Position numbers and translations under genes: made by a program. A stretch of DNA of 64,000 nt, from positions 3,392,001 to 3,456,000 of the forward strand of contig OY970309.1 in NCBI GenBank assembly GCA_963716395.1, written 5' to 3'. The notes below the pieces were generated by a model. It was not told where the DNA came from and made no database searches. It saw only the letters and a list, made by a program, of their open reading frames with translations. The stretch is from an uncultured Fibrobacteria bacterium. GTDB lineage: Bacteria > Fibrobacterota > Fibrobacteria > UBA11236. Each line of letters starts with the position of its first letter. Positions within the stretch are counted from its first letter, which is position 1. Positions 56,651 to 64,000 of this stretch are shown here, one piece after another.

Positions 56651-56734
56651 CCCGCCGCGCCCTGAGTCTGCTGTAGGGCACCGATTCCCTTGGCCGGTGA
56701 ACCTGGTTCCCGAGCTTGCGAGGGATGTCGAACC
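56651..56734. repeat. Second, inverted copy of the REP/MITE-like element
   Basis: Its reverse complement ggttcgacatccctcgcaagctcgggaaccaggttcaccggccaagggaatcggtgccctacagcagactcagggcgcggcggg aligns end-to-end with 39813-39900. Confidence 0.7.
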
Positions 56735-56854
56735 CGCCGGAGAGCACGGCTATAAACACCGAGCCGCATCGCGGTTGCGGGTTTACCGATACTCTCGGTG
56801 TCGCGCACCACTCGCGGAACGGAAGTATTTCACGATAGGTTCTACTTTTGATCC

Positions 56855-58897
56855 ATGCCCGAAACTTTCTACGTCACCACCCCCATCTATTACGTCAACG
56901 ATGCGCCGCATATCGGCCACGCCTACACCACGGTGCTGGCCGACGTGCTGGCGCGTAGCCACCGGCTGCTCGGGCATGAGGTGTTCTTTCTCACCGGCAC
57001 CGACGAACATGGGCAAAAGGTGCAGCAAGCCGCGGAGAAAAGGGGGGTGACGCCCAAGGCCCATACCGACGCCTATGCGCAGCGCTTCCGCGACGCCTGG
57101 ACCGGATTGGGAATCGGCTACGATCACTTTTTGCGCACCACCGATCCCGCGCATATCGACTTCGTGCGTACCCAGGCACAACGGTTATGGGATTGCGGCG
57201 AGGTGTACAGCAAGGAATACGCGGGTTGGTATTCCACGGCGGAAGAACGCTTCTTTGCCGAAACAGAGTTGGTGGATGGAAACGATCCCGTGGGCGGACG
57301 CCCCGTGGAGTGGATTCAAGAGAAGAATTACTTCTTCAAAATGTCGGCCTATCAAGACTGGCTTTTACGCCACCTGGAAGCGCATCCCGACTTCATTCTG
57401 CCCGATTTCCGCCGCAACGAGGTGTTGGGATTTCTGCGCCAGCCGCTGGCCGATCTCTGCATCAGCCGGCCCAAGTCACGCCTCGCGTGGGGCGTGTCAC
57501 TGCCTTTCGACGAAGACTATGTGGCCTACGTCTGGGTCGACGCCTTGCTGAACTACGTCTCGGCCGTATCCGAACGCCGTTTCGCCGCCGGAGCGCCGAT
57601 CTGGCCGGCCGACGCGCATCTCATCGGCAAAGACATTCTCACCACGCATGCCGTTTACTGGCCCACCTTGCTACAGGCCTTGGGTCTGCCCCAACCCCGC
57701 CACATCGTGGCCCATGGCTGGTGGCTGGTCGACAATGCGCGCATGAGCAAGACCACGGGCAATGTGGTCAGCCCGCTGGCCATGAAAGACAAATACGGTG
57801 TCGACGCTTTCCGCTACTTTCTGCTGCGCGAAATGGCCGTGGGCCAGGATGCGGCCTTCAGCGAAGAGATTTTCGTCACGCGCTACAACGCCGATCTCGC
57901 CAATGACCTGGGCAACGGCCTGAGCCGCGTGCTGAAACTGGGGCAGGCGGCGGCCTCGCCCCTGGCCTTCGCGACGGCCAACGCGTCAGAACCGGCCGTA
58001 GCCTTGCGCGCCGAAGCGGAAAAATTCCTGGCGGCCTTTCCCCAATTCCTGGCGGACTTCGCCCCGCATCGCATCCCCGCGCAGGCCTCCGACTTGTTTC
58101 GTGCGGTCAACCGTTATCTGGAGCACACCGCGCCCTGGAAACTGGCCAAGGGGGGCGACGACGAAAAGCGCGAACTCGCGGCGGTGCTCTGGCAGGCATC
58201 CGAAGCGCTGCGACTCGGCTTTACCCTTTTGCTGCCCATCATGCCGACGAAGATGCGGGCAGCCTTGGACGCGTTGGGAATCGATCCGGAGCGGAGCCCG
58301 CTGCAATGGAATGATGCCGCGCGCTTTACCTTGCGGTTTGTTCCGCCCCTGTTTCCCCGCATCGCGCCGGTGACCGCGGCCTCCGCCTCGGAGGAGGCCG
58401 AGAAGGCTTTTGACGCGCTGGATTTGCGCACGGTCCGGATTCTCACCGCCGACGATCACCCCCAGGCCGAATCCTTGTACATCCTGCGCGTCGACTTGGG
58501 GGACGGTGAAATCCGCACCGTCTGCGCAGGTCTGCGCAAGCATGTGGCGAAAGTAGACTTGCCGGGAAAGATCGGCGTACTGGTGGCCAATCTCAAGCCC
58601 GCCTCCTTGCGCGGTGTGGTCAGTCAGGGAATGTTGCTGGCCGCCGAAGCCGGCGGCCGCCTGATGTTGGCGCAGCCCCAGTCGCCGGAAATCGGCCTGC
58701 CCGTAGGCCTCGAGAGCCGGCCCCGCGCCGCCGGCGACCCTCCCAAACCGATGATCGGCTTGAAGGAATTCGAGAAATGTCCGCTGACGGTTCAAGGTCA
58801 AGCGGTGTGCTATGGCCGGGTTCCGTCGGCTCTTCCCCTGATCGCGGGCGGCGCGCCCATCCGGATCGAGGCTCCGGACGGCGTTGTCGTGCGTTAG
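56855..58897 (+). CDS. metG: Methionine-tRNA ligase with C-terminal tRNA-binding domain
   Basis: TTPIYYVND, HIGH, GTDEHGQK, YVWVDAL, IGKDI, RMSKT; C-terminal DLR..HP.A..L...VDLG..SQGMLL. Confidence 0.96.
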   Translation: MPETFYVTTPIYYVNDAPHIGHAYTTVLADVLARSHRLLGHEVFFLTGTDEHGQKVQQAAEKRGVTPKAHTDAYAQRFRDAWTGLGIGYDHFLRTTDPAHIDFVRTQAQRLWDCGEVYSKEYAGWYSTAEERFFAETELVDGNDPVGGRPVEWIQEKNYFFKMSAYQDWLLRHLEAHPDFILPDFRRNEVLGFLRQPLADLCISRPKSRLAWGVSLPFDEDYVAYVWVDALLNYVSAVSERRFAAGAPIWPADAHLIGKDILTTHAVYWPTLLQALGLPQPRHIVAHGWWLVDNARMSKTTGNVVSPLAMKDKYGVDAFRYFLLREMAVGQDAAFSEEIFVTRYNADLANDLGNGLSRVLKLGQAAASPLAFATANASEPAVALRAEAEKFLAAFPQFLADFAPHRIPAQASDLFRAVNRYLEHTAPWKLAKGGDDEKRELAAVLWQASEALRLGFTLLLPIMPTKMRAALDALGIDPERSPLQWNDAARFTLRFVPPLFPRIAPVTAASASEEAEKAFDALDLRTVRILTADDHPQAESLYILRVDLGDGEIRTVCAGLRKHVAKVDLPGKIGVLVANLKPASLRGVVSQGMLLAAEAGGRLMLAQPQSPEIGLPVGLESRPRAAGDPPKPMIGLKEFEKCPLTVQGQAVCYGRVPSALPLIAGGAPIRIEAPDGVVVR

Positions 58898-58938
58898 TTG
58901 TTAATTTGCAATCGAGGTTTCGCCATGCATATTTCGTT

Positions 58939-60384
58939 ATGAGTTCTTCCGCCGATGGCTCCGCGCCTTCTCCTTACGCCGAAGATTCGTCCCTGCGCAT
59001 CATCGAGCCGCAGCCGCCGCTGCCCGATCACTCCATCGACAATTTCTCCGCGCCGCTGCAGGCGGTGATCCGCCAGAACCAATGGTCGGACCTGATGCTG
59101 GTGCAGAAGAAGGCCGTGCCCTATCTGCTCAACGCCATGGACATCATCGTGCAGTCCAAAACCGGGTCGGGAAAAACCGGCGCCTTCATGCTGCCCCTGC
59201 TCGAAGTGATTGAAAAGGGCCACGCCCGCCCGCAGGCGCTGATCATGGCGCCCACGCGCGAACTGGCGCTGCAAGTGCACGAAGAGGCCGTCCGCTTCGG
59301 CGAACCGCTCGGCATCCGCTCGGTGGCGGTGTACGGCGGCGTTTCCTACGGGCCGCAACTCGAAGCCTTTCGCAACGGCGTGCACATCGTGGTGGGCACG
59401 CCGGGCCGGCTGCTCGATCACATCATGAGCGGCAACCTCAAGCTGAATTCCATCCGCGACCTGGTGCTCGACGAAGCTGACGAACTGCTGTCGATGGGCT
59501 TCTATCCCGACATGAAACGCATCCAGCAATTCCTGCCCAAGGATCGCTGCACCTATCTGTTCTCCGCCACCATCCCCCCCAACGTCAAACGCCTGGCCCA
59601 GGAATTCATGCGCCGGCCCAAATTCCTGAGCCTGTGCCCCACCGAGTTGTCGGTGTCGAGCATGGAACACATGTATTACGTGGTGGATCCGCAGGATAAG
59701 GACAAGGCCCTACTCCTGCTCATCGAATGCGAAAACCCCGAAGCGGCACTCATCTTCTGCAACACCCGGCGCGACACCGGTTACGTGCACGCCTTTCTCA
59801 AGGCGCGGGGCTTCCGCGTGGGCGCCATCTCGGGCGATGTGGAACAGAAAGATCGCCAGAAAGTGATGCGCGAGCTGAAAACCGGCGCCATCCGCTTTCT
59901 GGTGGCCACCGACGTGGCCGCCCGGGGCATCGACATTCAAGGGCTGACGCATGTCTTCATGTACGACCACCCCGACGACTCCGAGATTTACGTGCATCGC
60001 GCAGGCCGAACGGCCCGGGCCGGGAATTCGGGTTTGGCGATTTCGCTGGTGGGACGCGTGGAAGAAATCGCCTTGAAGAACACGGCGCAGAAGTTCAGCA
60101 TCCCGTTCATCAAGAAAAGCCTGCCCAGCGAGAAACAGGTCGAAGACATCATTCGCGAACGCACGACAACCTACCTGGAGCAGGCCTACCGCGATTTGAA
60201 GCAGGCCGACCAACTGGGGGCGCGGCGCATGGTGCCGCTGCTCGAATCGTTAATCAGCTCTGACGACGAAAAACTCGTGTTGGGCATGATCCTGCATCAA
60301 TTTTACTGGAAAGCCTTTACGGGCAACGATCCGGCCGCCTCCGATTCCGAAAATTCCGGCGGCATCACGCCTGCTGCCAGTTGA
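58939..60384 (+). CDS. DEAD-box RNA helicase
   Basis: TGSGKT, PTRELA, TPGRL, DEAD, SAT, ARGID, HRAGRTAR. Confidence 0.95.
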   Translation: MSSSADGSAPSPYAEDSSLRIIEPQPPLPDHSIDNFSAPLQAVIRQNQWSDLMLVQKKAVPYLLNAMDIIVQSKTGSGKTGAFMLPLLEVIEKGHARPQALIMAPTRELALQVHEEAVRFGEPLGIRSVAVYGGVSYGPQLEAFRNGVHIVVGTPGRLLDHIMSGNLKLNSIRDLVLDEADELLSMGFYPDMKRIQQFLPKDRCTYLFSATIPPNVKRLAQEFMRRPKFLSLCPTELSVSSMEHMYYVVDPQDKDKALLLLIECENPEAALIFCNTRRDTGYVHAFLKARGFRVGAISGDVEQKDRQKVMRELKTGAIRFLVATDVAARGIDIQGLTHVFMYDHPDDSEIYVHRAGRTARAGNSGLAISLVGRVEEIALKNTAQKFSIPFIKKSLPSEKQVEDIIRERTTTYLEQAYRDLKQADQLGARRMVPLLESLISSDDEKLVLGMILHQFYWKAFTGNDPAASDSENSGGITPAAS

Positions 60385-60470
60385 TTTCGTCTGCAGGCCC
60401 CATCCCACGGGTCGTCAACGCGGATGATGCAGGGTAAATTAATACCTTCACGGACGACCGCATCCGCATT

Positions 60471-61223
60471 ATGTCCATCAAAACCAAAACCGACCGCGAA
60501 ATCGCTTTAATCCGTGACTCCTGCGAGTTGGCTGCCGACATTTTGCGGCGCTCGGGCGAATTGGCGAAGCCGGGTATCACCACCGAAGACATCAACCGCT
60601 TCGTGCATGAAGAAACCCTGCGGGCCGGAGCCTATCCGTCGCCCCTCAATTACCATGGATTTCCCAAATCGGTGTGCACCTCGGTAAATAACATCGTGTG
60701 CCACGGCATTCCCGGCGGTTATGTTCTGAAAGAAGGCGATATCATCAACATCGATGTGACCTGCCTCCTGTACGGCTATCACGGCGACTGTTCCAAAACC
60801 TTCGCGGTGGGCGCGATTTCTCCCGAAGCGCGCGCGTTGGTCGACGCCGCCGAGCGCTGTCTTGAGGAGGGCATCGCCGTGGCCTTGGAGGGCAACCACT
60901 TCGGCGATATCGGCGCCGCCATTCAGGATCTGGCCGACGATTACGGGTACGGCGTGGTGCGCGAGTTCTGCGGCCACGGCATCGGCCGCAATTTTCACGA
61001 AGATCCGATGGTGCTGCATTACCGCACCAAAAGCCGCGGGGACCGCATTCAAGAAGGCATGGTGTTCACCATCGAGCCCATGATCAACGCTGGTTCCGCC
61101 GCCGTGTACGTTGCGTCGGATCATTGGACCGTGCTCACCAAGGACGGATCGCTGTCGGCGCAGTTCGAACACACCCTGGCCATGACGCGCCATGGACCTG
61201 AAGTGCTGACGCGCATCGATTGA
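60471..61223 (+). CDS. map: Methionine aminopeptidase type I
   Basis: CTSVN, CHGIP, INIDVT, YHGD, CGHGIG..FHE, FTIEPM, SAQFEHT. Confidence 0.97.
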   Translation: MSIKTKTDREIALIRDSCELAADILRRSGELAKPGITTEDINRFVHEETLRAGAYPSPLNYHGFPKSVCTSVNNIVCHGIPGGYVLKEGDIINIDVTCLLYGYHGDCSKTFAVGAISPEARALVDAAERCLEEGIAVALEGNHFGDIGAAIQDLADDYGYGVVREFCGHGIGRNFHEDPMVLHYRTKSRGDRIQEGMVFTIEPMINAGSAAVYVASDHWTVLTKDGSLSAQFEHTLAMTRHGPEVLTRID

Positions 61224-61253
61224 AGGGGCCCGCCCCCCGGGGCCGGGCGCCGC

Positions 61254-61772
61254 TCAACTATCGTCTTCGCTGTCTTCTTCGACGGGGAAATGGATGGAGC
61301 TGAGATCTCCCCCCTTTTCCTCGATTTTCTTTTTGAGGCGGTATAAATCATCCAGCCGCACGTGATACCCCTTGGCGTCGTCGTCGGTGATCCCATTGCG
61401 GATGAGGAATTCACACACCTCGATGGCCTGGTCGAGATTTTTCTGGTTTTGAAAATAGGTGATGAGGGCTTTGCATTGTACGGCCACGAATTTGGGGTTG
61501 TAGCCGAACTTCTTGATGGTCTCGCGTAAGAAGTCGAAGGAAAACCGAGTCAAGGCCTCCTTGTCCATCTGGGATTTGCTTTCCTTAATCTTGAAGGTCA
61601 GCAGATCGAGGAATTCATGCGCCACTTCGACCCGGTCGAAAAATGGCGCTTCGGAACGCTGGTAGGCGGCGAAGTCTTCCAGCACGCCGACGTCATCGTC
61701 GCGCAAACGGCGCAGCAGGCTTTCGAGAAATTCCTCCTTGGACCCGGGTGCGGGTTCAGACGCTTCGCTCAT
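61254..61772 (-). CDS. Helical hypothetical protein (172 aa)
   Basis: ATGA overlap with the kinase stop; TPR-like C-terminal helix pair (LITYFQNQKNLDQAIEVCEFL) and an acidic tail. Confidence 0.75.
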   Translation of the reverse strand: MSEASEPAPGSKEEFLESLLRRLRDDDVGVLEDFAAYQRSEAPFFDRVEVAHEFLDLLTFKIKESKSQMDKEALTRFSFDFLRETIKKFGYNPKFVAVQCKALITYFQNQKNLDQAIEVCEFLIRNGITDDDAKGYHVRLDDLYRLKKKIEEKGGDLSSIHFPVEEDSEDDS

Positions 61773-62695
61773 GGCTTCTCCATTTTCGCCAATGCCGGGG
61801 CTATCATCCGCAGTTCCTGGAGCATGGCGTCGGCGCCTGGATAACGCTGTTCTTTTTTGGGACGCAGGGCGCGCGCGATGAAATCGCTCCACGCCACGGG
61901 CACCGAAGGGGAAAGATCTTTGGCCATGCCGGAAAACATATCTGGATTTTCCCGCGCGCGCGCGCGGAAAATTTTTTCGGGCCGTTCCACTTTGGCGGGC
62001 AGGAACCCCAGGGTGCATTCGAGCAAGACGCAGCCCAGCGAAAACAAATCGGCGCGGCCGTCGACGGTTTCGCCGCGCGCCTGCTCGGGTGACACGTACA
62101 GGGGCGATCCCAGTATGAACGCTTTGTCCTCTTCGGCGAAGCTGTGGTGCACGGTGGCCAGGCCGAAATCGGCGACCATGATTTTATTCTGGCGTTCGAG
62201 CAGGAGCAGGTTCTCCGGCTTGATGTCGCGATGCACCACGCCTTCCTGGTGCGCGAAGGCCAGTACCTCCAGGGTTTGATCGGCCACCGAAACCAGTTCG
62301 GCCACGGTGGGCAGGCGTTTGCGGGGCAGCGGATGGCGCTTTTTCATCTCCAACCATTTGTGCAGTCCAAACCCCTCGACGTATTGCATCACGAAAAAGA
62401 GATATTCCTCCCTCTCGCCGAATTCGAAAATGGGGACGATTTGGGGATGGAAGAGGTTGGCCACCAATTCAGCCTCGTGCCGAAAGCGCTCCGGGGTGAA
62501 AAATTTGTTGAAACGGCTGCGGAACACCACCTTGACCGCCACTTTCCGGCTCAGACCCGACTGGAAACCACGGTACACCACACCCATGCTGCCTTCGCCG
62601 ATGCGGTCCAGCAAGGTCACATTTCCCAGAACCACGCCGGTCAAATCCGGCAAGGCGCTTTTATTTGTGTTTCCCGCCGACTGGGATGTCGTCAT
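61769..62695 (-). CDS. Hanks-type serine/threonine protein kinase (soluble, kinase domain only)
   Basis: IGEGSMGVVY, VAVKV, HRDIKPEN, ADFG, YVSPE, DLFSLG. Confidence 0.94.
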   Translation of the reverse strand: MTTSQSAGNTNKSALPDLTGVVLGNVTLLDRIGEGSMGVVYRGFQSGLSRKVAVKVVFRSRFNKFFTPERFRHEAELVANLFHPQIVPIFEFGEREEYLFFVMQYVEGFGLHKWLEMKKRHPLPRKRLPTVAELVSVADQTLEVLAFAHQEGVVHRDIKPENLLLLERQNKIMVADFGLATVHHSFAEEDKAFILGSPLYVSPEQARGETVDGRADLFSLGCVLLECTLGFLPAKVERPEKIFRARARENPDMFSGMAKDLSPSVPVAWSDFIARALRPKKEQRYPGADAMLQELRMIAPALAKMEKP

Positions 62696-62775
62696 TAGCG
62701 AACTCGAACTACTCAGGGGAGTTGCGAAATTATACAATTGCCTAGGTTCCGCGTCTCGAAATCGATCCGTTCCTG

Positions 62776-64000
62776 ATGGAAGAAAAATCCAAAGCCTCCG
62801 CCCGTCTCGACGCCGATAGTTTCGTGCGCCAATGGAACCTGTATTTCAACCGCACCATCGCCTACTCGCTGGATCACCCGGCGGTTCTGGAAATGCTGCC
62901 CCGGGTCTATGCGTCTTTGCAAAAACTGCTGGATCCCGCAGGCAGCATCTCGATTCTGCTCCAGGAACTCGGCTATTACATCGGACAACTCGATATCGCC
63001 TACCAGCCCAACAACCGGAAAATCGCCGACCACCTGCGCCGCTTCGGCATCGATTCCATCACCTTTTCGTCGCCCCTGCACCAGGAAGATCTGGCCCATA
63101 TTCTGGAAGCCACGGCGTTGACGCATGCCGACGCCACCAGCTTCTTGCGTTTTCTCGGCAGCCGCGGCGTGCATAACATCGCGGTGAACAACGTTACCCT
63201 GCAAACCGTGAAGGAAGGCGAGGCCGTGATGGCCGCCGGCTCCGAAAGCGGCGGAGGGCGCTCGTCTTCATCGCTGAAAAACGCTTTTGAAGACGTGACG
63301 CTGCGCGTGGTGCTCGGCCATATCACGGCCCAGGAAATGAGCACGAATCTTTCGGTGCTGCAAATGCTGCATGCCCCGGCTGCGGGCGGGTCTTCGCTAC
63401 CGCAGGCCGTGGCCCAGGTCAGCGCCAGCGCGCCGCCTGAATCCCAGGAAAACGCGCTGCGCCAGGCCCTCCTCAATTCGCTGGGCATGTTTTCGGGCTC
63501 GGCCCAGTCCGGCGATACCAGCATCGAGGATTTGCTGGCAGGCATGTACAACATGCGGGGCGAGTTGCTGAAAGCCTTGCGGGCGCAGGAGGGGTTGGTC
63601 CGTCATCTGCAGCAGGAGGACCGGCTGCCCGACAGCGCCGAAGCGCTGTTCGAGAATACCGCGGCCGATCTGATCGTGCAGGAATACCGCAAACATCCCG
63701 GCAACCCGCGCAAGGTGGCCGACATCATCCAGCGCATCGTCCCGGAAAAGCGGCAGTTGCAAGGGGTCTTGGCCAAAGTGCGTGCGGCCTTGACCCAAGC
63801 CGGCGCCCCCCTGATCGAGTATTACAATCTGCTCAATGAATTGAACATCCGCCTTACGGCCGATCAGGGGTACCAGGACTTTCTGCGCGCCAGTACCTCC
63901 GTCGGCGTCTCGGCCCAGGAATTGGTTCAGACGCTGCAGCAAAATCCCAAGCAGGCGGCACAGCTCATCGTACTGGCCGGAGAATTACAGCGCCAGGGCA
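62776..64000 (+). CDS. Large helical hypothetical protein, 3' end outside the window
   Basis: Frame open from the ATG at 62776 (MEEKSKASARLDADSFVRQWNLYFNRTIAYSLDHPAV...LRRFGIDSITF...) and apparently to the window end; absent from the ORF track. Confidence 0.8.
   Translation, partial: MEEKSKASARLDADSFVRQWNLYFNRTIAYSLDHPAVLEMLPRVYASLQKLLDPAGSISILLQELGYYIGQLDIAYQPNNRKIADHLRRFGIDSITFSSPLHQEDLAHILEATALTHADATSFLRFLGSRGVHNIAVNNVTLQTVKEGEAVMAAGSESGGGRSSSSLKNAFEDVTLRVVLGHITAQEMSTNLSVLQMLHAPAAGGSSLPQAVAQVSASAPPESQENALRQALLNSLGMFSGSAQSGDTSIEDLLAGMYNMRGELLKALRAQEGLVRHLQQEDRLPDSAEALFENTAADLIVQEYRKHPGNPRKVADIIQRIVPEKRQLQGVLAKVRAALTQAGAPLIEYYNLLNELNIRLTADQGYQDFLRASTSVGVSAQELVQTLQQNPKQAAQLIVLAGELQRQG

Noticed and set aside
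56623-56854. 6S RNA, tRNA, SAM riboswitch or T-box upstream of metG
   Set aside because: None of the conserved motifs or a cloverleaf is present. The GGTTCGA-like stretch is explained by the dispersed repeat shared with 39813-39900.
1-64000. Prophage, IS element, integron or anti-phage defence island
   Set aside because: I saw no integrase, transposase, phage structural, restriction-modification or recognisable defence domains; the gene content is mainly housekeeping.

Overview
A 64-kb, GC-rich, gene-dense bacterial chromosomal segment made mostly of core genes. I found no rRNA, tRNA, CRISPR array, transposase, integrase or phage genes. Gene style suggests an FCB-group diderm, probably Fibrobacterota-like; this is an inference from the many D-S/T motifs in exported proteins, a DUF2341-LamG protein with a DLRGR tail, and the lpt-rpoN-hpf-hprK-ptsH-ptsI order. 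In order, the window holds: a giant (>2,470 aa, truncated) exported TPR protein with a repetitive Ala/Lys-rich stalk, missing from the ORF track; epmA-efp and divergent epmB; lptCAB-rpoN-hpf-hprK-mlaD-GH57-ptsH-ptsI; a MATE transporter, thioesterase, REC-GGDEF-EAL protein, pyrF, fpr, metallophosphoesterase, pyk and GT2; a lipoprotein/helical-repeat/GH57(DUF3536)/nnr run; hisN-like IMPase, glpK, hemJ and a cytochrome c; a three-gene type III PKS cassette; an EAL protein; gltBD; DUF2341-LamG, yqgE and a double C3H zinc-finger protein; a processive GT2, cysG, metG, DEAD-box helicase and map; and a Ser/Thr kinase module. The best candidate for an undescribed system is the cassette encoding a type III PKS, a His/Glu-motif membrane protein and a UbiG-like O-methyltransferase, next to a cytochrome c. 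Second is the giant TPR protein, whose stalk carries about 29 D-(S/T)-(V/I/L/T) sequons. Also notable are a compensating frameshift pair in the GH57 gene and a dispersed ~85-nt REP/MITE-like repeat. All calls come from manual reading; no database searches were run.
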